From assembly GCA_000002445.1 (NCBI GenBank), contig CM000208.1, positions 2,560,001-2,624,000 of the forward strand: a stretch of 64,000 bases of DNA. The letters run 5' to 3'. Origin of the DNA: Trypanosoma brucei. Its lineage: Eukaryota. Positions 54,017 to 64,000 of the stretch are shown in pieces (positions within the stretch are counted from its first letter, which is position 1; every line of letters begins with the position of its first letter). The position numbers were made by a program, and so were the translations under genes. Below the pieces are notes generated by a model, which saw nothing but the letters and a program-made list of their open reading frames with translations, searched no databases and was not told the DNA's origin.

Positions 54017-55768
54017 CTACCGCAACTCGTCTTCAAGGAGCGAGACTGGCGGGGGTGTAGAGCATTCTGCACGCTGAGGTGACACACTCGGCCAAAATAC
54101 GCGCCAAAACTTTAGCAGCTCGTCTTGTGCCGTACATATTCTTTGCATATCAGGTGCGATGGTTGGACACGTAATGTCTGAACTAGTGTTGGGCGAACCA
54201 AGAGCTCCAATTAAGTGAAGGTTACTACTTTGGCGCAGCTGAATTTGGCCCTTCCCGCGGTGGGTGGTTGCCAGCTCACCAACATCTGGTGGAGCCACAA
54301 TTCCGCTTATGGGGTGCATAGTGTTTATTGCCCGTGTGATAAAGTGGCAACCACCTGTGAACCCTTCATCTTCGGTCCTCGGCGCCGAAGGAACATTTGT
54401 GGTTGGTGCATTTGTGTCGACATAACACATCATGCCATCCTGGCCACCCGTGTACATCTTGCTACGCTTGTCGGGGTCCCAGTGTATGGCTGTTACGGGC
54501 CCGCTGTGGACACTGTCAAAGACATATCGGGGACAGTTCGCGCGTCGTGCATCCCAGACACGCACCGCACCATTTGCGTACCCAGCGGCTAAATAAAAAG
54601 GTTCTTTGGTGCAATAGTTCAAGGATGCAACGCCGTTAGCATGGCCCTCGTAAACTGATATCAGTGCATTTTTGGTTCGTAGGTCAAATACGTACACCCC
54701 ACCGGTCCCAGAATTTAACCCAACGGAGAGCAGCGGGCCGTTCGCTGCAATGTACGATGGCCGCGCTTTGCCGGAGAGACACGTCTGTAACGTACGAAGA
54801 AAACCCACTTGGTGACAATCATAAATGGCAACAGGTCCTTCGTCAAGCGCAAGCGCGACACAGGTGCACCCATCCAGCCAATGCACCGCACGAATTGTCG
54901 CATGCTCCTCTAGGCAAACAATTTGGGAAGCCTTCGCGGTTTCGGCATCCCATCCGTGAAGACCGTTTTTCAGCCCTATGATGAGCTTGTTATTGGTACC
55001 CCAATGCAGCAGCTGCGATACATCTGAAGGAAATTCCGGAGCGTCCAGCGTACGCTCGGGAGTGGTAAACATCACCCGCTGCGTCGGAGCCTTGCCGGGT
55101 TTTATCTTTTTCAGCAGCATTGCTCTTCCAGTCGGTGCATGAGCGAACAATGGGGCGACAGCCGTTCTAGTTGAGTTTGTGTTCGCAGAATACTCGCAGT
55201 GTTTGGGACCATCATCCTCTGTTGGGCTGACGGAGCCAGAGATTGTACGACCCCCGCCACTGCTCGCCAAGTTCGGGGCCACAAGACTACGAAGTGAGTC
55301 TGCGTTGTTAAAGCCCAACACCTCACCACCAATTTTGCGTTGCTTTTGCGTGCTTTCGCTGCTCAGCTGTTCGGCGAGCACTTCGTTGTACATGGAAGTC
55401 ACGTACGACGAGTCATCTGACACAATGGACTCGGAGAAGTGGCTGGAAAACGAAGCTCCAGCAGAATGAGGAAGTGACAACACTCCGCTGGCACCCACTC
55501 CTGGGCTGAGCACAAGGGGTGGAGTTGGCGATGTTGTTAGGTTGTACGCAGATACCACCATGTCCATCCCTTCACGCTGCGGTATGTGTCTTGATAAACG
55601 CACCGGTGGGGTTTCGTCTTCCACTGGCGACCGACTCATCATCCGTGGGTTGTTGGTCGACAATTTCTGAAGTGGAGTACTGCTGCAAAGTTGCGCATGC
55701 CTTTTGGACCGGAATTCTGAAGCTGTTGAATCATATTCTGCCTGCGCCCAATGTCTCATTACCTTCAC
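54017..55768 (-). CDS. WD40-repeat protein (hypothetical).
   Basis: The C-terminal half contains several WD-like units (..GHANGVASLNY.., ..GAVRVWDAR.., ..HSGPVTAIHWDPD.., ..TGGQDGMMCYVD..). The Ser/Pro-rich N-terminus is low complexity. Confidence 0.5.
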   Translation of the reverse strand: MKVMRHWAQAEYDSTASEFRSKRHAQLCSSTPLQKLSTNNPRMMSRSPVEDETPPVRLSRHIPQREGMDMVVSAYNLTTSPTPPLVLSPGVGASGVLSLPHSAGASFSSHFSESIVSDDSSYVTSMYNEVLAEQLSSESTQKQRKIGGEVLGFNNADSLRSLVAPNLASSGGGRTISGSVSPTEDDGPKHCEYSANTNSTRTAVAPLFAHAPTGRAMLLKKIKPGKAPTQRVMFTTPERTLDAPEFPSDVSQLLHWGTNNKLIIGLKNGLHGWDAETAKASQIVCLEEHATIRAVHWLDGCTCVALALDEGPVAIYDCHQVGFLRTLQTCLSGKARPSYIAANGPLLSVGLNSGTGGVYVFDLRTKNALISVYEGHANGVASLNYCTKEPFYLAAGYANGAVRVWDARRANCPRYVFDSVHSGPVTAIHWDPDKRSKMYTGGQDGMMCYVDTNAPTTNVPSAPRTEDEGFTGGCHFITRAINTMHPISGIVAPPDVGELATTHRGKGQIQLRQSSNLHLIGALGSPNTSSDITCPTIAPDMQRICTAQDELLKFWRVFWPSVSPQRAECSTPPPVSLLEDELR

Positions 55769-56351
55769 TGCTCGCCAAACCTAACTATTGAAAAAATTTC
55801 CTTTCCACCCTAATTGTGTATGTAGTTGTCCATCACAAAGACATGAGTGTGCGCAGAATGAAGGAGCAAGCAGGTTGATTAATAATCACAGCAGTAAAGG
55901 AAATGTTAACAAAGGGAGGGGGATACAGAGGGGGTTCAGCTGGGGCCTGCGCGAACAGCGCAATAACATGTGAACGAATTAGGCAGTTGGGTGTCGTTGC
56001 TCAACCGATAACGATCCAACGTGCACACGTACGCAGTTGCACTACACTGCTTGATATACTCAAAGAAATATTTCGTGGTGTAATATTCCTCTCCTCGCCG
56101 CTATACCCCTCCACCCCAACTGCAGCGTAGACCTCCACAGCCACACTCTTCTGCTCGCTTTCTCACCGTCCTGAGCACAGTTAAGGAGAGACCACTTGCT
56201 TCCTCCTTTACCTCAGACGGCAGAAGCACTTCCTCGAAGAAAAAAAAATTCAGTTGAGTGAACAGGGGAGAACATAAACATGTAACGGACGTAAGCGAGA
56301 TCGCAAGTTGTCCCGCGATCGGTGCCGCAACACCGTTCCACGTGCCACAGA

Positions 56352-57368
56352 TCACCTCCTACGTGGCGGTTCAATCGGGTTATAAACATCTTTTCTGAGT
56401 GACTGCTGTCTCTCGTGGAAGTGTTGGCAAAGGTGTCGCATCACCGCGTACGTTTTACCATCACTACCCTTCTTTAGAAGTGTCTCGGCAAAGTACGGGA
56501 AGATGTCCCAGTAATAGTCCGGAGGAACAAAAAATTCCAATCGGGCTAGAAGCACCACTGCAACTATGTCCCCTGATAGTATTGAGATAAATACGGGCTT
56601 TGCGCAGTTGGTGAGCATGTTCTTCACCTGGTGCTGTGGCTTAGCATCACGATACCCAAAGAAGTGCACAAACTGCTCAAACTGTGTGTGCCGTTGTTTC
56701 CACCGCCTGGATATCTCTGTGAAAACGCGTGTGCGATTATCTCGAATCCAGTCAAACTTAAGTATGCTGTTTAGCTCCTGCCACTGCTTATGTTCCGTAA
56801 TCTTAGGCAGTGGGAGGTGGTAACCCTCTCCGCACAGGTATTCGCGAATGAGGGACACAATGTTGGGGTGACGCTCGGCTAATACTCGCAGCCGCAGTGA
56901 GCTCTGCTTGGCCTCAAACACAAGAGTAAGTTGGATTAGCCCCCACACGACGTTTCCAGACTGCAGAAGCACTGCGCTGAGGCGGTTCGAAGCTGCCCGA
57001 CGCACAGCCCCGGCGACGATACCACGAACCTCTTCACATGCTTCGGGCCCGTTGGCACACTCGGGGCAGAGGGGTTGCCGGTTCCCTTCAATTAAAGCAC
57101 GCGTTCCATCAACGGGCTCCCGGCCATCCTCCACTAGTTTCGCCACATGCTCAACATCGAGTACCTCGTGGGCGTGCGGAAGGCGTGCGAAGAGGGCGGC
57201 GAAATCCACCGGGAGGGCCGATGCCGACGGCACACCCGTCCGAGGGGCGCGTCGGATGCTTTCAACCACGGAGAGTTCAATGCGCTTCAGCTCCGCGCGG
57301 CTGTAGACCCGCCTATGTGAATGCGCCAGTGCAAAAGTTGGGAAGAACGGCGGCGCTTCGGGGTTCAT
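56352..57368 (-). CDS. Hypothetical protein (338 aa).
   Basis: Minus-strand ORF with consistent spacing. No recognised motif. Confidence 0.4.
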   Translation of the reverse strand: MNPEAPPFFPTFALAHSHRRVYSRAELKRIELSVVESIRRAPRTGVPSASALPVDFAALFARLPHAHEVLDVEHVAKLVEDGREPVDGTRALIEGNRQPLCPECANGPEACEEVRGIVAGAVRRAASNRLSAVLLQSGNVVWGLIQLTLVFEAKQSSLRLRVLAERHPNIVSLIREYLCGEGYHLPLPKITEHKQWQELNSILKFDWIRDNRTRVFTEISRRWKQRHTQFEQFVHFFGYRDAKPQHQVKNMLTNCAKPVFISILSGDIVAVVLLARLEFFVPPDYYWDIFPYFAETLLKKGSDGKTYAVMRHLCQHFHERQQSLRKDVYNPIEPPRRR

Positions 57369-57982
57369 AACCTCCGCCGCCTATGAAAAATTGGGCAAAA
57401 ATAATAATAATAAGTGTAGACGTAGCAGCAGACATACGTATAGAGGCAAGCAGGAACACTGGTTGTAAAGTATGTGCATGTGCAAGTGGGTGTTTAGGTA
57501 ACATTTGGCGCTTGCGACACGCTTATTCAGCAAAGAGTTGCAATGCAGGGCGAATGGAAGAGGGTGGAGTGGGGAAAGATGTTGATACGTTACCGCACAT
57601 TGTCAACTTCTCCCTTCAGCGTATACACAAACATGGAACAGCAAAAACGATGGGTGAAGCACGGTTGGCTGTTGATTGGGAGAGGAGAACATTAGAAACA
57701 ACCGCACAAACTGGGATGTCGAAGGCAGACGAAATCCATGTCGCAGTGTTGATAACAGTGTCACGGGGCGAGCGCGCTGCTTGGTCCATCAATTAAACTG
57801 CATGGAATGCCCCCACAAAATTGCAAGTCCCGTTGAGGGCTGATGACGTGGTGGGGAAAGGATAAGCGGGATCGTTTCATGGTTGAAGCATTTTTCCATT
57901 CGATTCGTTGTCGCGCCCTCGATTTTTGTGCATTCATAGGTGAGGAAATGGTGTCGAATGAGCAGACAAATATTCCTATTTG

Positions 57983-58879
57983 TTATCTTCCGCGCGACTT
58001 TTTCACCGCCACCTGATCTGGAAGAAATCGTCGTTCCCCCACCCATGGAGGTCTAAATGTGTACATCAAATGACCGTCTTCAGTAACTACGTCCCATCCC
58101 TCTGGCACTTTTTTTAAGTCAAATGCCCGCACAACGTCACATCTCTTCAGTAGCGCGTTCATATAACGCAGTGCCGTCACTGGATTACGGACAGCGTCTA
58201 AATTCATGAAAACAACAATTAGGTCCTCCGCACTGGAAACGACCATGGGATCTGCTTCCGGCCAATCTGCGGCAACCGCCTTATAGAGCCTGGCGACGCA
58301 ATCTCCCAACATATACCGAGTGGGTTTGTCCAGTGCGTTCTTACCTCCAGCAACAAACCGGCAGGCGATACGTTTGTAGCAGCTCATAAACTGACGCTGT
58401 CTTTCGATCTCACGTGGGCGATCATAGGGATCGGAGGCCAAGCAATAAGCTGTAAAGGGGTTGTTGTAACGACGGTGTCTCCTGAACGCAGCAGCTGACG
58501 CCAAAAAGGATCTTTTTTCCTCTTCAGAGTCCACCGATCCTAATGTGCTCTGTCTCTTTTGTTTGTCTTTTTGGCCTGTGCGCTTGTTTTTCGCCCTCTG
58601 GGGAAGTGATGGTGGATACATTGAATCCCCTGGGCTTAATGCTCCGTCATTGCACGTTGGGAAGGATATATTAGGCATCGAAGACACACCACTTTCGTAT
58701 GACGGTTGCCCCACCGATGGCAGGGAAGATGGCGCAAACATGTGCGACGTCCCGCTGCTACTCGGCCTCGCACACCTCGACATGAGCGCTACCCGAAACC
58801 GTGACTCCCGGAACCCTCCGTTCCGCAATTGTCCTGTGCGGGATGTCCTTGATTGCGAGACACTTCTCCGCTCCTTCAT
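57983..58879 (-). CDS. Hypothetical protein (298 aa). The N-terminus is basic and Ser-rich.
   Basis: Minus-strand ORF. No recognised motif. Confidence 0.4.
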   Translation of the reverse strand: MKERRSVSQSRTSRTGQLRNGGFRESRFRVALMSRCARPSSSGTSHMFAPSSLPSVGQPSYESGVSSMPNISFPTCNDGALSPGDSMYPPSLPQRAKNKRTGQKDKQKRQSTLGSVDSEEEKRSFLASAAAFRRHRRYNNPFTAYCLASDPYDRPREIERQRQFMSCYKRIACRFVAGGKNALDKPTRYMLGDCVARLYKAVAADWPEADPMVVSSAEDLIVVFMNLDAVRNPVTALRYMNALLKRCDVVRAFDLKKVPEGWDVVTEDGHLMYTFRPPWVGERRFLPDQVAVKKSRGR

Positions 58880-60357
58880 CGTAGTGTGGAGGGCTGAAAT
58901 TGCGCGGCCTACGCTCTACCTTACCTCCCCTCTCCCCTTCACTTGCCAGCGTAACCTTACTTTGGCGTCGTTTTTGCAAGTTGACCAAGCAATGATGGAG
59001 GCTGCTGGGGGACGATCACGGTCAGCAAAAAAAAAAAAAAAGAGATGCCAAGGGTGTAGAGTAAGAAAAAATACCCAAAAGAAGACTGTAAGTTGGGGAG
59101 CATAAAGGGATAAAGGGAGCCATGCCGCTGTTAAAAAGGTCCGCGCCTCGTCCGTAGGGGGCATGTATGGATATGAACGAAAAAATGTACATTCATGTAC
59201 CGGCACGAGCGAGACTTTAGGTGGAAAACACGGGTTCCCGAGAAGGGGCGGGGAAAAGAAAACATTCTACAGGTGCAAAGTAGGAAGTTATTCTTCACTT
59301 GGCACATGACACAAATGAAGCAGACTACAGTGCACTCCTCCTGCAATTAGTCTCGACCGCTCGGTTCTGTATTATGCGAGTGGTAAGAAAGAGTCTCCTG
59401 TAGAGCTCCAGAGAGACGAATTGCTTTTCAAACGGCAAAACACACGAGCACCGGACTACCGGAGGGATGGGAAGCGCCTCCGGTAGCTGAACGACAAACT
59501 AGGACGCTTTTGACACTCCATGACTGGGATTTATCCATCGTTCGAAATGTGTTCCTCAAAGCACCTAAGCCGTTCCAGCACATCCGCTCCTCCACATTTA
59601 CACTTCGCGGTGCGATACAGAGGAATGAAAGCCAGTGAGGGGCGGTCATACGCCACAAGATCGCTACTTTCTTTGAAGATTACATCAACCGGCTGAGAAA
59701 AGGAAAGGTTTAGGAGGAAAAAAAGGGGGTAAATAAGAGAATAGAAAAATAGCAGCAAAATCAATTTATTCCAGTCCCAAATCCAGAATTCTTCATAGCC
59801 ACAATTTTTTTTTCAAAAAAAAAAAAATGCCCCCACTGTTGTCCCTGTACAGGTCCTCAGCCGCCAGCTGAGTATCCATGTTATTTGGCACCCTGGTCTC
59901 TCTACATCCTTTTTAGAAACTTCCCGTTTGCGTTTGTAGCTCCCCCTTTGGTTCTTCAGTTATTTTCATCCCCCCTCCTCATTCCCCCTTAGATTCTACG
60001 AGGTACTGAAGTAAGGATAGCAAAAGAATAATAAAAAGGAACTATTACTAACGACCAATCGGCCCCCTTCGGACTCAGCCGTGACATTTCTTTCAGCACA
60101 CTGGCACACCAAATCATGTGAGTCGTACGCGGGTGCGAAAGGAAATTAACGTGCCAATCCAATGCGAAAGGCTGGTGAAGTCAAATGCGATGAGGGGTAT
60201 ATCAAGAGAGAAAGGGACTGGGGGGGGGGGCGGGAAAGCCCAAAACAACGACAACAGAAAAAAAAAAGAAAAAATAGAAAAATAATGATAAAGCAGCTTT
60301 AAAAGAAAAACCCAACAACAAATTTCTCTGACTCCCGCTTTAAGTCCTTCTACCTTC

Positions 60358-63213
60358 TCACACCTCCACCAATGACGACAACAATGCATCTTCCTTAATC
60401 TCGCTGCACAACCGCCGACGGGCAGCCTCCCTCGAGTCACCGTCGCCCTCCCCACTTTCCAACTCGCGGATGCGCTTTGCATACTCCGTCACCCGTTGCA
60501 CAACCTCCGGCGTGGCGGTGGAAAAGAGCGCCTGAGCGCGGTTCTTGGTTTCGTCTCCCCCGAAATCCTCCAACTCCACAGCCTTCTGCCGCGCGGAATC
60601 GAGCACGTCGTCGGGAATGTGCGCGAGTTGCGCCACGTACAATCCGTAGCTGCGCCCGCATGGCCCTGGTTGAAGTTGGTAAGAGAAACGTAAGGTCCGA
60701 GCGGCAGTATCCACATCAGCGCCGAAATGAACGTTCCGCACGTTTGTATGTCGGGCCGCAAGTTGTGTCATTTCGTGGAAATGAGTTGAAAAGAGAAGTG
60801 CAGACTTTGCGTTGACTGCCACCTCCTGTGCAATGGCCCAGGCAAGACCGAATCCATCGTACGTTGACGTCCCCCGGCCCAGTTCATCTACAATGGCCAG
60901 AGTCTGTTGGGTGGCGGAGTTGAGCATAGCCGCGGACTCGAGCATTTCCACCATGAAGGTAGAAACTCCTTGCGCAAGGTGGTCTGTCGCGCCAACACGG
61001 CACATGATCGCGTCACGGACAACAATATCCGCTGAATCCGCGGGAACAAAGCACCCAGCTTGGGCGAGTGCGACACAAACACCAATGCTCCTCATGAAAG
61101 TTGACTTACCTCCCATATTTGGCCCAGTTATTATAAGGGCATTGGCCTCGTTGGTAAGTTGTACAGTATTCGGTGTGAAGGCGGGCTGCCGCAGTTCAAC
61201 AAGGGGGTGTCGGGCGTTCACAATGGTCAAAATAGCACCATTGCTGTTGTTGTCAACGTTTCCTTTCACCTCCTCACTCTGTGGTGCCCTCACGGTGGGA
61301 CGCACCATCGGCCGCGACGAATCCTTCACTACGAGTGCCCACGCCGCGAACACATCCAATGCTGCAAGTAGCTCTTTCGCATCATCAAGGACCGGGAGGT
61401 ATGTAGCTACAGTATCAACGAGCTTTTTTTTGAGGACCTGCTGACGTGTCTTGTAGTCCTCAGTAATGCCCTTATACTGCTCGCTCAGCGATGATAATTG
61501 CCCGGATACGAACCGTACGCCATCCTTTGCTGTGCTTACCGTTATGAACTCTTTGCTCGTGCGCACCTGGTGGTCATCTTTCCGAGGAACGCGGAAGACA
61601 TAACCGTAACTAGCGTGATATTCACACTTCATTTGTTTTTCAGTCCATCCGCACTGTTTCAGCACACGGTGGTTTTCTTTTTCAATCGCCTTCACAAGAT
61701 TCTGACGCTGCCGCTCCAGGAAGCTGAGGTCATCGTCAAATTCAGGGTTAATACGCACGGTATTCTCATCTGACAAGTCAACGGTTGCATTTATCAACGT
61801 GCGCAGATTTGAAAGATGCTCGCTAATGTCTTCCAGAGGTGTCACGTATCCCTTCAAAAGTAAGCTGCTGTCGTGCCCGCCGTGATATGTTCGCAGCACA
61901 TCGACCGCTAGGGGTACAGTATTAGCGAAGACAAGAATAGATTGCAGGTCCTTGAGAGCCACTGTGCGGCGTTGCAACTTTCGGTTCAACCTGTCCATGT
62001 CAGTGCAGCGCCGCAGTACCTGCGTGATCAGCGCATCCCTTAGGATTGGACTCTCCACCATTATCTGTACAAGCGAGAGCCGTTGATTTATATCTTCGAT
62101 GCTCCGCAACGGTTGGAGTAGCCACTGCTGCATCAGTCGCGACCCCATACCCGTAGTACAGCGGTTCAACCACGAGTAAATAGACGTTGGCATCGATCCT
62201 CGTGCCTCTGGCTTTCGGTGGATTATATGCAGCGCCTCGATGGCTGCCGCATCCATCTTCATGAACGTAGAAGGGACAACATGCTTAAGGTAAAATGTAT
62301 GTTGATTAGTGGAATCGAATGGATCTATGGCGGATTCTAGAAGGCTTTCCAAAGCCCTGGAAGCAAGAGGGAAGCTATTTAAACCATGTCTATCTTCCGG
62401 CACGCGAAGAATCCCTTCGAGCGTGCTAAGTAGCTCTCCATTCGGGCCAGTGCTGTTACGCTTCGTGGCCCTGGACTTCTGCTTTCCATGAGGTAGATTA
62501 CTTTGTCCACGCTCTTGGAGCGTAATGTTCGCTCGTTCACAGAGCTGCTTGAGTGCTCGTAACAAATCACTCTGTTCCCTACTTTCGTCAGAGTCTGCAG
62601 CCTTCTCACCCGTATTATTCATCGAAAAGTCAGTGTTAGAGTACAGCAGCTGCTTCAGGTTACACTGCGCCATAAGCACATCAAGGTTTGTTAACTGTGG
62701 TGTGTCATGATATTCCGCGTACGTAAGTGTCCGTAGTGTTGTATTGAGCGCTGCGTAACCCACCCGGACGTGCTGTCCACCTGGGCCATTAACCCTATTT
62801 GCTTTATCGTCAATAACCACACTCCCAATTGCCATGAGTTGTATCTCTGCGTCTTCGAAGGCAAAGAGCATTGCTTCGAAGTCTGCAATGTGCCCAGGGG
62901 AGCCGCGCCGCATGCAAACATATCTGCCGCCGCTCGTCTGTCGGTCGTATTGTTCAACAGAAACACCGCGTCGAAGCAGGCAGTCACGTATGACTTCGCG
63001 GGTGATGCTGTCATTAACGGCGACGGCATCCACTCCGCTCCAGTTCTTCAGAACGGCAGTGGACTTGACATATTCACGCGCCACGAGTGAAGCCCAGCTG
63101 CCTAGAATAAAACAGCCAGCCGATGCACGCGAGAACAACCGCAAGCAGGAAGTATCATCGCCACCGGCACCATTAAAGGCCTGCACCACCGCCGGGTCGC
63201 GGTCGTCACTCAT
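60358..63213 (-). CDS. MSH2: DNA mismatch repair protein MutS homologue MSH2.
   Basis: MutS domain V ATPase motifs: Walker A GPNMGGKSTFMRSIGV, TFMVEMLE, and DELGRGTSTYDGFGLAWAIAQ. 951 aa. N-terminus without a Phe-x-Glu mismatch-binding motif, as in MSH2. Length and position match T. brucei MSH2 from memory. Confidence 0.85.
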   Translation of the reverse strand: MSDDRDPAVVQAFNGAGGDDTSCLRLFSRASAGCFILGSWASLVAREYVKSTAVLKNWSGVDAVAVNDSITREVIRDCLLRRGVSVEQYDRQTSGGRYVCMRRGSPGHIADFEAMLFAFEDAEIQLMAIGSVVIDDKANRVNGPGGQHVRVGYAALNTTLRTLTYAEYHDTPQLTNLDVLMAQCNLKQLLYSNTDFSMNNTGEKAADSDESREQSDLLRALKQLCERANITLQERGQSNLPHGKQKSRATKRNSTGPNGELLSTLEGILRVPEDRHGLNSFPLASRALESLLESAIDPFDSTNQHTFYLKHVVPSTFMKMDAAAIEALHIIHRKPEARGSMPTSIYSWLNRCTTGMGSRLMQQWLLQPLRSIEDINQRLSLVQIMVESPILRDALITQVLRRCTDMDRLNRKLQRRTVALKDLQSILVFANTVPLAVDVLRTYHGGHDSSLLLKGYVTPLEDISEHLSNLRTLINATVDLSDENTVRINPEFDDDLSFLERQRQNLVKAIEKENHRVLKQCGWTEKQMKCEYHASYGYVFRVPRKDDHQVRTSKEFITVSTAKDGVRFVSGQLSSLSEQYKGITEDYKTRQQVLKKKLVDTVATYLPVLDDAKELLAALDVFAAWALVVKDSSRPMVRPTVRAPQSEEVKGNVDNNSNGAILTIVNARHPLVELRQPAFTPNTVQLTNEANALIITGPNMGGKSTFMRSIGVCVALAQAGCFVPADSADIVVRDAIMCRVGATDHLAQGVSTFMVEMLESAAMLNSATQQTLAIVDELGRGTSTYDGFGLAWAIAQEVAVNAKSALLFSTHFHEMTQLAARHTNVRNVHFGADVDTAARTLRFSYQLQPGPCGRSYGLYVAQLAHIPDDVLDSARQKAVELEDFGGDETKNRAQALFSTATPEVVQRVTEYAKRIRELESGEGDGDSREAARRRLCSEIKEDALLSSLVEV

Positions 63214-64000
63214 AATACTTTTTACAGTTGTTGCTGACTACACATCCGTTGGGATAAAGAGATAGAACCAGTGAAAAGGGTTTGAAAGGAAGGGAAACAG
63301 TAACGCCTAACGTTGAGGTAGACGTGGAGAAGAGCACAGTGTTGACCTAGCCTCGCTCAAGCACTTCGGCACAGAAGAAAGGACTCGGCAGAGAAGCGTT
63401 TCATCCACTACCTTTGCCTGTAGCTGCCTTCCCGCTGTTCGGCATCGCATGCATCAGACCGACATCGTGTCGACGGTAGTTCAACACTGATAAACAGTGC
63501 CGTTATCTGATGACCTCCACGATGCACTATTTCCCTCATGGCAGGCCTCCTAAATATCCACCAAATTGCGAGCAAAACGTTAAGAACTCCACGGCGCCCT
63601 GGTGCGGACAGTGGAGGTGGCAACAAGAACATCGAAGATTCCCTCATTCCACATCTGTGCAGCGTCATCAGAGGAGGCGCTGTTTTCTCCTGGACTCGCT
63701 GCTATTTAAAGTATCATGTGCCCCCGTGATGTTCGTCAATATTTACCTTTAGCCCATGAAAACACAACTGAAGGGTGGAAAAAAAGGGTAGAAGCATTTG
63801 AATAGCGACAAAGCTCTCATATTGCTTTTAACAGGGTGACCAGTTTTTGTGCATGTTCGTACATATGTTACATATACGCACGCATAGAAGCTTCCCTCCC
63901 CTTTTCGTTAAGTCTTTTAAAGTTAGTTGAACCTTACGCTCAGAAAATGGGTTACACCCTCCACATAACTGACACAACTTGCCTACAACGGGCTCGTTTA

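Overview
The window reads as a kinetoplastid (Trypanosoma brucei-like) nuclear chromosome segment, not a prokaryotic one. Nineteen intron-less protein-coding genes all lie on the minus strand, consistent with one directional polycistronic transcription unit. Purine-rich stretches on the plus strand upstream of the starts are the polypyrimidine trans-splicing signals of the minus-strand genes.

Genes I recognise from the translations:
- HSP83/HSP90 (704 aa), flanked by ~145-bp direct repeats that look like the signature of a collapsed tandem array.
- Argonaute AGO1 with an N-terminal RGG-repeat domain.
- MSH2 mismatch-repair ATPase.
- An ABCF-type ABC ATPase.
- A CMGC-like protein kinase.
- A DHHC palmitoyltransferase.
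- An ADAT1/ADAR-type tRNA adenosine deaminase.
- A HAP2/GCS1-like gamete fusogen.
- An M14 cytosolic carboxypeptidase (Nna1/CCP-like).
- A Gly/Trp-rich RRM protein resembling the RGG2 RNA-editing factor.
- A WD40 protein.
- Several hypothetical proteins.

The most unusual structure is a ~12-kb stretch without genes (34.2-46.3 kb) inside this single-strand gene array. It carries:
- A compact cluster of five Pol III tRNA genes in mixed orientation (Asn-GTT, Ala-TGC, Arg-TCT, Lys-TTT, Arg-CCT).
- A (CA)~48 microsatellite.
- A GC/CpG-rich island.
- One copy of a 533-bp dispersed repeat that is ~99% identical to a second copy 17 kb away in another intergenic region.

I see no CRISPR arrays, rRNA genes, or recognisable intact transposons. 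The organism assignment and the gene identifications (HSP83, AGO1, MSH2, RGG2, HAP2) rest on my memory of the protein families, not on database searches.
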